IMG/VR virus record: IMGVR_UViG_3300042398_001307 | Coordinates: 1-64,000 of that record | DNA length: 64,000 bases | Direction: 5' to 3' (one strand) | Origin: a virus | Shown here: positions 21,416 through 30,500 of the stretch, piece by piece | Position numbering within the stretch: position 1 is the stretch's first letter | Layout of the letters: every line of letters starts with the position of its first letter | The notes under the pieces: generated by a model | Told to the model about the DNA's origin: nothing | Databases searched by the model: none | The model's input: only the letters and a program-made list of their open reading frames with translations | Translations under genes and position numbers: made by a program

Positions 21416-21451
21416 TTATAAGTGTAGATCTGATGTTATCCATGTATTCAT
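21416..21451 (-). pseudogene. Stranded original N-terminus of the phosphoesterase (MNTWITSDLHL*)
   Basis: TSDLH motif I, upstream of the endonuclease insert. Confidence 0.75.
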
Positions 21452-21675
21452 TGTTTTAAGTCTCGTATTCGGTCCATAGCGAAGATATAAACATGTTTAA
21501 ATTCATCACCAGTAGGACAAGATGTTGTTAAATCTGCTAAATTATTACATATATCTGAACATTCGTCAATAGTTTTATTGCGTAGTTCAGTCATTAATCT
21601 GGCTAATTCTTGTTTATTGAAAACATAACCATGTTCCCGTTCAAAGAATGAATCTAAGTCATTCAATATGCTCAT
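21448..21675 (-). CDS. Hypothetical protein
   Basis: Coupled ORF. Confidence 0.5.
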   Translation of the reverse strand: MSILNDLDSFFEREHGYVFNKQELARLMTELRNKTIDECSDICNNLADLTTSCPTGDEFKHVYIFAMDRIRDLKQ

Positions 21676-21916
21676 AATTACTCCATTTTTCTACAAATTG
21701 ATTAAATTCATCTACTGTCATAAAATGTAACGTTTCAACACCAGATCTGTAGGCATAATATGGATTTAGCATTCCATTAAACCGCTGTAGTTCACTGTAT
21801 GTCATAGACACTGCCGTATTATATGCACCATGTGAAACTTTATCAATATATTTTTGAAATTTTATCCAGTAATCTGGCTGTGATTTATCTGTAAATTCTA
21901 TTTTGACACCGTACAT
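21659..21916 (-). CDS. Hypothetical protein
   Basis: Coupled ORF. Confidence 0.5.
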   Translation of the reverse strand: MYGVKIEFTDKSQPDYWIKFQKYIDKVSHGAYNTAVSMTYSELQRFNGMLNPYYAYRSGVETLHFMTVDEFNQFVEKWSNYEHIE

Positions 21917-21925
21917 TTGATTTCC

Positions 21926-22717
21926 TTAAATTTTTAACATATCTTCATATGTATAGTTTCGTTCAGTATAACGAGACGGGATTTTTAAGAAAGTGTCTTT
22001 TAAATCACCATCTCGTCTTGGTAAAATTCTTACTTCAAAGTCAACATTATTGACTTTTTTGAAAATATTGATGATTTCCATAACCGATTTTGGATCACCA
22101 TATGCCAAATTTTCAATATTTGATGATGGGGTATCAATCGCCTTAATTAATCCCCTACATATATCGTTTACATGGATATATTCTCGGATACAGGTCCCAT
22201 CAATTGTATCATAATCATCACCATATAAATTCAAATACCCACGTTCAACCGCTTTTAGTAAATTGTAATGCAATCCATCAGGATTGGTTGGTTCAAATCC
22301 ATCAGAGCCAACTACATTGTAGAATCTAAAAATTGTATGTACTGGTGCCAGATCTCGAACAATATCCTCCGCAACTCTCTTTGATAGTGCATACGGGGAT
22401 AGTGGATATTCAGCTGCACCCGTAGATGCAAAAATAAAATTATCATACGTAGTTTTTTTCATCAAATTCATAGTACCAATAATGTTGGTATCATAATAAT
22501 TTGCTGGTTGTTGAACAGATTCACCAACTTTAACTAACGCTGCTAAGTGAATAATTGTATCATAATGATTTTTTATGTCAATCGATCTTATATCACTATG
22601 ATTATTATTACATTTTATATCCATTCCAATTATATCAATATCTGTTATATCGGCCATCATTTTTTTAAGATGTTGACCGATATATCCCTTACTGCCAGTT
22701 ATTAAAATCCGTTTCAT
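21926..22717 (-). CDS. NAD-dependent epimerase (GalE-like)
   Basis: ITGSKGYIG, HLAA..VGES, YALSK, DGTCIREYIHV. Confidence 0.88.
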   Translation of the reverse strand: MKRILITGSKGYIGQHLKKMMADITDIDIIGMDIKCNNNHSDIRSIDIKNHYDTIIHLAALVKVGESVQQPANYYDTNIIGTMNLMKKTTYDNFIFASTGAAEYPLSPYALSKRVAEDIVRDLAPVHTIFRFYNVVGSDGFEPTNPDGLHYNLLKAVERGYLNLYGDDYDTIDGTCIREYIHVNDICRGLIKAIDTPSSNIENLAYGDPKSVMEIINIFKKVNNVDFEVRILPRRDGDLKDTFLKIPSRYTERNYTYEDMLKI

Positions 22718-23188
22718 TTAACTTTTCCATATTTCATCAAATCCTTCATCTAATGAAGGCGGTTCATACATACATTTCATCTTGTCAATGGTTCTTTTTG
22801 AAATATGTTTTCCTAGGCGCGATTTTAATCGTGAATACAATTCATCATCACCAAGTATTTTAAAAACAACCGCTATTTTGTAATGATTTTTAAACAAATT
22901 AAGTTTTTTCTTTCTACCTTTCGTAGTTACATTTGTTTGATCAATAATAACATCTTTATCTGATGTAATTGCATTTTTTATGTCACGTTTTACTAATTTT
23001 TCTGCTGTTTTGATGTAATCTCGGTAAACATCATTGTATGTTTTACCAATACTAGTAGCATATGCTTCAATATGATTATCACTACTGATAACAATCGCAT
23101 CTTTCAACCATGGTTGATTTTTTATCCAGGTGCTTTTACCGGACCCTGGTATTCCAACTAGAATATATATTTTTTTCATAATTCCCAT
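22718..23188 (-). CDS. P-loop kinase (polynucleotide kinase-like, AAA_33)
   Basis: GIPGSGKST, DQTN..R, EGFDEI. Confidence 0.8.
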   Translation of the reverse strand: MGIMKKIYILVGIPGSGKSTWIKNQPWLKDAIVISSDNHIEAYATSIGKTYNDVYRDYIKTAEKLVKRDIKNAITSDKDVIIDQTNVTTKGRKKKLNLFKNHYKIAVVFKILGDDELYSRLKSRLGKHISKRTIDKMKCMYEPPSLDEGFDEIWKS

Positions 23189-23569
23189 CTACGATATTAT
23201 CGAGACTACTACACTATCGCGAACAACGAGTGCATACTCATCCCGATTTATTTTTCCGTTTTTCATAAACTTTATAGCGTTTTTAGTTTTTTCATCCATA
23301 ATCTCGTTAGAAATTTCGGCAATATCAAGACCTTTAACTCGCTCCAGATATCTAATAATAGCATGTTCTGAAAGAATCGGTTCTTTAACTGATTTTGGAT
23401 TAGTTAATTCTTCATATCGAGCTCGGAGGGTTTTATATTTCGAATTAATTTTAGCCAATTCAGATTGGTTATCCGTGATTTCTTTATTAATTACATCTCG
23501 CCGTGCCTCTAACTTTGCAAGTTGGGTGTTAAGACTTTTTATTTCTGCAGCAATAGTATGAGTAGACAT
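23189..23569 (-). CDS. Coiled-coil hypothetical protein
   Basis: SEHAIIRYLERV. Confidence 0.55.
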   Translation of the reverse strand: MSTHTIAAEIKSLNTQLAKLEARRDVINKEITDNQSELAKINSKYKTLRARYEELTNPKSVKEPILSEHAIIRYLERVKGLDIAEISNEIMDEKTKNAIKFMKNGKINRDEYALVVRDSVVVSIIS

Positions 23570-23853
23570 GTTAAACCTTAATTAATTTTAAATTTAAATT
23601 ATACTACATAGAATTCAGATTGTCAATAAATAGTTTTATGAATACACTAATAAAACCATTAGAACCTAAAGAAATTATCAAAAGATTGAAGCAATCTGCT
23701 AAAAAACGTGGGATTGAATTTAATTTGAATGAAGGTGAGTAGAGTGATGGTTTACAAGTTTAGTTGAGTTTGCATAAATACATCATACGGTGTTAGTCAC
23801 AGATTGCCGTCTCACTAACTCTAATCATTCTTTCATTAATTACAGGAACTAAT

Positions 23854-24564
23854 ATGACCAGCAATACTATTTATACCCCATTTACTTATTGTATTACATT
23901 TACAATAACTGGACAGAAATATTACGGTGTTCGATATGCAAAAAACTGTCACCCCATGCAATTATGGACAACATACTTTACATCATCTGTTATCATTAAA
24001 AATTTAATTAATTTATATGGGAAAGATGCATTTTTGTACGAAATACGAAAAACATTTTCTTCTGCAAACGACTCTCGTAAGTATGAACATAAATTCTTAT
24101 CAAAAATAAATGCTGCAAGAAATCCAAACTGGTTAAATTCATCAAATGGCAGTGGTAAATTTCATTGTACTCCAGAAAGTTCAGCGAAAGCTGGCTTAAA
24201 ACATAGAGGAAAAACAATTTCGGTTGAAACAAGAGAAAAGATAAGCAAGTCATCCAAAGGAAGACCGAGTTCAAGAAAGGGGAAAAGTGGAGTAGTATCT
24301 GATGAAGCTAAATTAAAGATTTCGGCGGCGTTGAAAGGCATTTCAAAACCTTCAAAAATATTGTGTTGTCCATATTGTTTATCAGAGATTAAAGGTGCAT
24401 CAAACGCTAAAAGATGGCATTTTGAAAATTGCAAAAAACACCCTAACTATATAAAACCGGTAGCATTACAAAAACCAATAATTCATTGTCCATTTTGTAA
24501 TGCAGCCAGTTCTAATAGATTAAGTATGCAACGATGGCATTTTGAAAATTGCACAAATAAATAG
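23854..24564 (+). CDS. Homing endonuclease (GIY-YIG-related, NUMOD3)
   Basis: PFTY..KYYGVRY..YFTSS; CPYC/CPFC..RWHFENC. Confidence 0.75.
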   Translation: MTSNTIYTPFTYCITFTITGQKYYGVRYAKNCHPMQLWTTYFTSSVIIKNLINLYGKDAFLYEIRKTFSSANDSRKYEHKFLSKINAARNPNWLNSSNGSGKFHCTPESSAKAGLKHRGKTISVETREKISKSSKGRPSSRKGKSGVVSDEAKLKISAALKGISKPSKILCCPYCLSEIKGASNAKRWHFENCKKHPNYIKPVALQKPIIHCPFCNAASSNRLSMQRWHFENCTNK

Positions 24565-24573
24565 TTTGGATAA

Positions 24574-24858
24574 CTACTCACTGTTTTTAATTTTATCGAA
24601 CAGTTCTTGTTGTTCTTTTTTATATCTACGATACTGGTATTCTAAAGTTTTATATACAACAAAATATAAAAACATACCAATTGCATACATAACAACAAAT
24701 ATTGCCAATGGCAAAGCATACTCATTAGGTAAGAAAGCTAGTGACCATCCTATAACCAGTACGATTATAGATAAAACTGTAATCCAGTTGGTATCTTTAA
24801 ACAACCATTGTATAAAATACCATAGTTCTTTAATTTTGTGTTTCATTCTATTGCCCAA
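24574..24858 (-). CDS. Hypothetical membrane protein
   Basis: Two TM helices. Confidence 0.5.
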   Translation of the reverse strand: MGNRMKHKIKELWYFIQWLFKDTNWITVLSIIVLVIGWSLAFLPNEYALPLAIFVVMYAIGMFLYFVVYKTLEYQYRRYKKEQQELFDKIKNSE

Positions 24859-25283
24859 GATAAAATAAGGTTATCAACAACAGTAGCGGCTAATTTACCA
24901 TCGTATTGCCCTGCATATTGTGCTTTTAATGCCTTTATTGCAGCTGGCTTACCACCTTCTTGAACATGTGGAATAATAAATGCTTCAATTTCTGCAGCAG
25001 TTAATTGTTTTGGCATGTAAACTTCAAGAATGCCTTTTTCAGTTTGATATAATGAAATATCAATACCTTTAGCAGTACCAACCGTAATACATTTGTCTAA
25101 ATTCTTATCGAATTTCTTAATAACTGCAGAAACTTCGGCATCGGTTGATTCGCGTTTCCCATCATTCAACCCAACATTGGCAGCTTCGCTATATAAAGTA
25201 GTTAATAGAGAAATTGCAGTTTTTGCAGTACCTTCTTTTCGTAAGGCAAATAAATCAGTTTTAATTTTAGCTAGTAATGTCAT
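24843..25283 (-). CDS. YqeY/GatB-domain protein (tRNA-binding fold)
   Basis: IKTDL..RK..LTTL..YMPKQLT..EI..GQYDGK. Confidence 0.75.
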   Translation of the reverse strand: MTLLAKIKTDLFALRKEGTAKTAISLLTTLYSEAANVGLNDGKRESTDAEVSAVIKKFDKNLDKCITVGTAKGIDISLYQTEKGILEVYMPKQLTAAEIEAFIIPHVQEGGKPAAIKALKAQYAGQYDGKLAATVVDNLILSWAIE

Positions 25284-25486
25284 TGTTTTTACCTTCTCTG
25301 TGTGTGTTGATCCAATTTACAGCTTCTTCAGCCAATGATGAATCTAGATTCGCGCCGACTATTACATCGGAAATAATATTACCAATTTCTATTAAATCAG
25401 GTTGGTATAACCCACAACCATTTTCTAATAAAACTTCGTTAATTTTGTCAAGTGTTTGTTCTATATATGCCATAATCTTTTTAAAT

Positions 25487-25507
25487 GAAAAGGGGGCCGA
25501 AGCCCCC
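25487..25507 (-). terminator. Intrinsic terminator after DUF2828 gene
   Basis: GGGGGC-TTCG-GCCCCC-TTTT. Confidence 0.85.
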
Positions 25508-25513
25508 AGTTGT

Positions 25514-26926
25514 TTAAACCGCGTATCGATCAACCATTACAGTTTTTAACATGATACCTTCTGGTGTGAAGTCACTCATGTCTGCCGCCAATAATGCTTT
25601 AACAATAGCTGGGCTGAAGCCAGAAACCATAGCTGCACCTGATTTGTCAGATTTAACTGGTACATTGTCAGATGAATTAATGTTCCAGAACACAATTTGT
25701 GGAACAGTGTAACCTGCTGCCGCATATTTGCGTTCAATCATTTGAATTGCACTATCATCGTAATGACTGCAGCAATTAAATTGCATGTCAGACATTATCA
25801 ACAACATTTCTGGCATTTCAGCTTGTGGAACATCAAACTTAGTTGCTACATCTAAAATTAAATCAAATGCAGCGTGTAAGTTGGTACTCATACCCCATGC
25901 AGATTTAACCATTTGAGTTGCTTTTTCTACAACGTTGCCGCGTAATGTCAACAATTCTGGTTTTTCATTAAACGTGATAAAAGTATCTTTAAATTTACCA
26001 GTGTTTTTATCAGCTAAGTATAAACCTAGTGATACTGCAACATCCATGCAAGTTACCTCTGATTTAGAAGTATGCCCACCTGCACGACAGGACATTGAGC
26101 CACTAACATCAACCAATGGTAAGATATTAGCATCACCAACAAAGTTTGGTAAAGCATCCCATTGTGCAACGATATGATCTTTTTCAGTTCTATCGAAGCC
26201 ATAGCTACCAACACCTTTAAGAACATCGTATGGGAATACTGCACCAGCATTTACTTTCACACCAGCTTCACCTTTTACCAAAGCTTGAACATATTCGGCA
26301 AACTTTGGAGTATGGCGGTTAAATGCTTTTTTATAGCGAGAACTTGCCAATGATGGCACATGGTTAAAGTTAATGTTATCCCAGTCATTCGCACACATTT
26401 GAGTTTCAACAACAGAAGTTAAAGAAACTAAAGTTTTACGGTATTGTTTTGGACTCCAACCTAAAAACTTACGAAATTCAACTGCTACATCCCCTTTACG
26501 AGGTGTCCATTTAGCAGCTAACCCGTTGCCATCAGTCAGTGCATTTTTCAACATTGTGAAAGCTTCAGTTTTCATTTCTTGAGTTTTGAACACAAAAATG
26601 TCATCCCAACGGCCCAATTCAGGCACTTTAGATAATAATACTTTTGCAGCATCGATATCAACAGTTTCTAAATGAGCTAAAATGTCTCTGAAAACTTTAC
26701 GTTCGCCAGAACCGCCGCGAGCATCACGTGCCCATAATGCAATACGCATTGCCAAGTCTTTATCTTCAACATATGCTGCTGTAAAAGCAGGAATAATGTC
26801 TTTACCACGGCTTGCACCGACATTGTAGAAAAAATCTACAGCTTTGTTAGTGGTTGATTTACGTGCTTTCATACCATTTGTGGTACGAGCTTCTTGATTT
26901 TCTACTGCTTCTACGAATGTAGTCAT
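25514..26926 (-). CDS. DUF2828-family protein (TROVE/Ro60-like helical domain + vWA)
   Basis: RDARGGSGER, ELGRWDD, AAKWTPR, LTSVVETQMC, DVSGSM MIDAS, SDMQF, VFWN, VSGFSP. Confidence 0.85.
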   Translation of the reverse strand: MTTFVEAVENQEARTTNGMKARKSTTNKAVDFFYNVGASRGKDIIPAFTAAYVEDKDLAMRIALWARDARGGSGERKVFRDILAHLETVDIDAAKVLLSKVPELGRWDDIFVFKTQEMKTEAFTMLKNALTDGNGLAAKWTPRKGDVAVEFRKFLGWSPKQYRKTLVSLTSVVETQMCANDWDNINFNHVPSLASSRYKKAFNRHTPKFAEYVQALVKGEAGVKVNAGAVFPYDVLKGVGSYGFDRTEKDHIVAQWDALPNFVGDANILPLVDVSGSMSCRAGGHTSKSEVTCMDVAVSLGLYLADKNTGKFKDTFITFNEKPELLTLRGNVVEKATQMVKSAWGMSTNLHAAFDLILDVATKFDVPQAEMPEMLLIMSDMQFNCCSHYDDSAIQMIERKYAAAGYTVPQIVFWNINSSDNVPVKSDKSGAAMVSGFSPAIVKALLAADMSDFTPEGIMLKTVMVDRYAV

Positions 26927-26943
26927 TGTGTTATCTCCTATGT

Positions 26944-26983
26944 CAGGTTAGTGTGTTAATTTGGTTTGCTGTTTACTAAACTA
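26944..26983 (-). ncRNA. CAGCA-stem element E1 (minimal) in the DUF2828 5' leader
   Basis: TAGTTTAGTAAACAGCAA...ACTAACCTG between promoter and RBS. Confidence 0.55.
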
Positions 26984-26992
26984 TAAGTGTGT

Positions 26993-27020
26993 ATTATAGC
27001 AGATTTAATTTGTTTGTCAA
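26993..27020 (-). promoter_or_regulatory. Sigma70 promoter for DUF2828
   Basis: TTGACA-16 nt-TATAAT. Confidence 0.7.
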
Positions 27021-27496
27021 GTTTTTTATTGAAGCTGCAACCATGTCTTTAATATAATCATCGTAATCATCTGGGTGAACATATTCATCCCGTCCATCAA
27101 CAGTCATCCAGTATCGATAATCATCCAACGGAAATACGCATGTTTCTTGAAGTTCATGGGCATAAATTGTTGTAGCATTGCTGAGGACTGCCCCTAATTC
27201 ATATTCATCATTCATATTCAATCTCAATATAAATATCATGTCATATGGTCTCTTAGGTCTTACTACTGCGAATTCAGTATATTTTGGGATCATAAATTTA
27301 ATAAAAACCAAGTTGCATGTGCGTCATCGTTAAAAGTTATTTGATACTTATCAATAATTTTAGATTTCTTACCTTTGTATACTTCTTTAACATAAGAATA
27401 TGAAGAATAATAACCACACTCAGTTGCTTTTTCAATCAACAAAAAATTTTGGTCAAGTGTAATAGTAATAGTTTTCATAGTAATTATCAAGTTAAA

Positions 27497-27713
27497 CAGG
27501 ATGGCCGGAAGGATGTATTTTATTTTCTGGTTGTCATCTACCACTTGGGGACTTGATCCACAACCCTATCTGATTTAGTCTAATCAGCAAACATTCATTT
27601 TCTAATGACAATATCTATCTTTCGCGTTAGAAGCTATCTAGATTTCTTCTAGAAATATCCGATTGATGTAAACATCACCGGAGAATAGGTTGTAATATGC
27701 AGAAACCATCCTA
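27497..27713 (-). ncRNA. CAGCA-stem element E2 (long cargo, CTGCA variant)
   Basis: TAGGATGGTTTCTGCAT...GGCCATCCTG. Confidence 0.55.
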
Positions 27714-27722
27714 AAAAAGTAA

Positions 27723-27830
27723 CAGGCTAGTGTTTGTTGAAGGTTTATACTGGCTCTTCCTTCCAGTTCGACTAGCAGTATGTTCGCCAGTCCATCCATT
27801 ATAATAAATTGGATTGCTGTATCTAGCCTA
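27723..27830 (-). ncRNA. CAGCA-stem element E3 (three-hairpin cargo)
   Basis: TAGGCTAGATACAGCAA...CTAGCCTG. Confidence 0.7.
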
Positions 27831-27838
27831 AATATTAG

Positions 27839-27932
27839 CGGAATAGGGGTTGCCATTTGTTTCGCTTCTAATAGCAAAGAAGTGTTTCTGGAGCGGGTAT
27901 TAGCCGCGAAATTGTTGCTGTATCTATTCCCA
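27839..27932 (-). ncRNA. CAGCA-stem element E4
   Basis: TGGGAATAGATACAGCAA...CTATTCCG. Confidence 0.65.
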
Positions 27933-27938
27933 AATTTG

Positions 27939-28226
27939 TTATTCTAAGATACCAATGATATCGTGTTCATGCATTACAATATAATCAATACCGTCTACTT
28001 TAATTTCAATACCAGTGCCTTTTGCATATAACACGGTATCACCAACTTTGACGAGCATAGGTCTTGTTTGACCATTATCAAGTTGTTTTCCATCACCAAC
28101 TGCAAAAACTTTACCGGTTACTGATTTTTCAGTAACATCACTAGCAATTATTAATCCAGATGCAGTAGTTTTCTTGTCAGTGTTTTTTTCAACCATAACT
28201 CTATCATTTAACACTTGTAAAGTCAT
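27939..28226 (-). CDS. groES: Co-chaperonin GroES
   Basis: LNDRV..TASGLII..AVGDGK..VKVGDTV. Confidence 0.93.
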   Translation of the reverse strand: MTLQVLNDRVMVEKNTDKKTTASGLIIASDVTEKSVTGKVFAVGDGKQLDNGQTRPMLVKVGDTVLYAKGTGIEIKVDGIDYIVMHEHDIIGILE

Positions 28227-28498
28227 TATTCAGTCCTATTGATAATATGATACCCAAATTGTGTTTGTACTGGTTCACTTAGATCACCAATTGCTAATCC
28301 AAATGAAACATCTTCAAATGGTTGAACCATTTGGCCACGGCGAAATGATCCAAGATCACCACCATTTTTTCCACTAGGGCATTTACTATGCGATCTTGCT
28401 AGTAATTCAAAATCCTCGCCTTCATTGATTTGTTTAATCAAATTTTGTGCTTCATCTAGTGATCCTACTAAAATATGTCTTGCTCTTACTGTTGTCAT
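28226..28498 (-). CDS. ppiC: Parvulin peptidyl-prolyl isomerase
   Basis: ARHILV, SKCPSGKNGGDLG, QTQFGYHII. Confidence 0.93.
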   Translation of the reverse strand: MTTVRARHILVGSLDEAQNLIKQINEGEDFELLARSHSKCPSGKNGGDLGSFRRGQMVQPFEDVSFGLAIGDLSEPVQTQFGYHIINRTE

Positions 28499-28523
28499 AC
28501 ATTCCTTTATTGTTAAATCAAAA

Positions 28524-28635
28524 CAGGATACGTGTTTTTAGCCTGGCGCTCTCCCATCTGAGCTACATTTCTATTGAAATGGTAGGACTTGAACCTACGA
28601 CATCTAGGGTATATAAACTTGCTGAATGTATCCTA
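28524..28635 (-). ncRNA. CAGCA-stem element E5: circularly permuted tRNA body
   Basis: T arm GTAGG-TTCAAGT-CCTAC, loop-closed acceptor CATTTC-AATA-GAAATG, D arm GCTCAGATGGGAGAGC. Confidence 0.8.
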
Positions 28636-28643
28636 AAAATTAG

Positions 28644-28743
28644 CAGGGTCACTGTATTATACTGGCATACAACCATTATACTTCTAGACGGAATCGAACC
28701 GTTCCACCAGTTTGGCTTAATATAAAATGCTGAACTGACCCTA
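28644..28743 (-). ncRNA. CAGCA-stem element E6: T arm plus D-loop-like cargo
   Basis: TAGGGTCAGTTCAGCAT...ACGG-TTCGATT-CCGT...TGACCCTG. Confidence 0.7.
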
Positions 28744-28747
28744 AATT

Positions 28748-28822
28748 TGGAAGCGGGAGTTGGATTTGAACCAACGACCTCTGGGTTATGAGCCCAGCCA
28801 TCTACCACTGATATACCCCGCG
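28748..28822 (-). tRNA. tRNA-fMet(CAT)
   Basis: C1 mismatch, GGG/CCC anticodon stem, CCA. Confidence 0.9.
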
Positions 28823-28950
28823 ATAATTCTTGTTATAACTGATACTATAGTAGATGTATATTTGATCTATGATCGCTATTATTATATGTAATAGCATCAG
28901 TTATTTTTAGTAGTATACTTGATAATATTTTAGTTGTCAAGTATTTAAAA

Positions 28951-29004
28951 CAGGCTCATTTTTTCTTGTTTGCAATAAGATTATGTTATGCTGAATTGAG
29001 CCTA
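28951..29004 (-). ncRNA. CAGCA-stem element E7: lone anticodon-like hairpin (TT-GCA-AA, Cys)
   Basis: TCTTA-TTGCAAA-CAAGA inside GGCTCA/TGAGCC stem. Confidence 0.7.
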
Positions 29005-29009
29005 AAATT

Positions 29010-29083
29010 TGGAGCGGACTACGAGATTCGAACTCGTTTAGCTAGCTTGGAAGGCTAGAGCACAACCCATATGCCAAGTCCGC
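29010..29083 (-). tRNA. tRNA-Gly(TCC)
   Basis: Cloverleaf, CCA. Confidence 0.93.
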
Positions 29084-29092
29084 AATGTTTAA

Positions 29093-29147
29093 CAGGATAC
29101 GTTTTATTTCACCAATTGAAAGTTTTGTATTTGCTGAATGTATCCTA
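29093..29147 (-). ncRNA. CAGCA-stem element E8 (short hairpin cargo)
   Basis: TAGGATACATTCAGCAA...GTATCCTG; TTTCA/TGAAA hairpin. Confidence 0.7.
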
Positions 29148-29152
29148 AAACT

Positions 29153-29228
<76 letters not shown>

Positions 29229-29576
29229 ATTATTCTTTAAACTTTGTGTTTAGTGCCACACACTGTACAAGTGGCGTTAACTTTTTTGAAATCAAGGTTC
29301 ATTACTCGCATACCTTTTCCGTATGTTTTGTCTTGAAATTCATGATTACAATTGCATTTCTTTACTTCTACAGCCATTAGGCACCTCTTTTAATAAGAAT
29401 GTTAATACGATTTTGATATTTACGTTTATCACGTGGTCTAACAGTTTTTTCAACTAGTTCTTGTAATTTAGCTAAACTAAAATTACCAATTCTAACTCTA
29501 CCATTTTTAGTTTGATTAGGGTTAGCTTTTCTGTTTCCTTTACTAATAGTTGCCATTTGATGTCCTTATTATACTA

Positions 29577-29858
29577 TTACTTATTGTTGCTGTCAAGTGT
29601 TTTTATATTTTCTTCGATAAATTTAATTGCTTCATCGACTGGTAATTCACCCACTTCTACATGAAATACATTTCTGTCTTGTGCATGAGCACCATGTGAA
29701 TTAAATGCTACCTTTGGCAATTCTTTATCGTTGGTTGTACCTAACACTTCTTCAACAACTTCCTTTTTCTTACCGAAAATTGCATCCCAGTTATCTGCAA
29801 ACTTCTGCCTGTTAACTGGTCTAGCTGCACTTCCTTTGCCGCCATGCCATCCTGCCAT
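29577..29858 (-). CDS. Hypothetical protein
   Basis: GGKGS..RP..FADNWDAIFGKK; RBS. Confidence 0.55.
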   Translation of the reverse strand: MAGWHGGKGSAARPVNRQKFADNWDAIFGKKKEVVEEVLGTTNDKELPKVAFNSHGAHAQDRNVFHVEVGELPVDEAIKFIEENIKTLDSNNK

Positions 29859-30070
29859 TGTATCTCCGTTACATTTTTGTTGCCAATATAGTTTTGGCTA
29901 ATTCTTTTGTTGCGATTAAATCATTCTGACTAAATGAACTTTTAATCTTTTCTGAAAATTCAATTCTTTCTTCTATTGTCATTAATCTATAAATTATTTT
30001 TATCAATTCATAATCAAATTCAGTTGGTTCTTCTAAATTTTCAAACATAATAATTATCTAGTCAGTGTGT

Positions 30071-30403
30071 TTAAATTTCAGGTTGAGTTTTTATAAATCG
30101 ATCAATATTTTGAATCATCAATTGTTTCAACCTAACTTTATCATATTCAGGTTCTTTTAAACATTCTGGAAGTGTTAGCCTGAATAAAGTTTCTTTTTCT
30201 TCATCATATATGGATAATGCCCATATCTGTGTTCCACAGAATCCACTAGCAGCTAATAATATCATTTGCCACCCATCACCTTTAATAAAACTATGGGTGC
30301 GTTGCAATCGTGGTCCAACATTTGTTTTCAGAAAATCAAAAGTATTAGCTAATCTATTTTGATAATCTTCACCATAAGAATTGTTTCCGTGTATTACTAG
30401 CAT
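30071..30403 (-). CDS. Hypothetical protein
   Basis: GAGG RBS after tRNA-Ala. Confidence 0.5.
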   Translation of the reverse strand: MLVIHGNNSYGEDYQNRLANTFDFLKTNVGPRLQRTHSFIKGDGWQMILLAASGFCGTQIWALSIYDEEKETLFRLTLPECLKEPEYDKVRLKQLMIQNIDRFIKTQPEI

Positions 30404-30423
30404 TTGTGCCTCTGTGTTAAAAT

Positions 30424-30497
30424 TGGTGGAGACTAGGAGAGTTGAACTCCTGATAACGCCGTGCAAGGGCGTGGTTATACCATTTAACTAAATCCCC
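30424..30497 (-). tRNA. tRNA-Ala(TGC)
   Basis: G3:U70, CCA. Confidence 0.93.
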
Positions 30498-30500
30498 GGT

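Noticed and set aside
20461-21420. Self-splicing intron in the phosphoesterase
   Set aside because: No space for a catalytic core, and no U/G splice junctions that restore SDLH.
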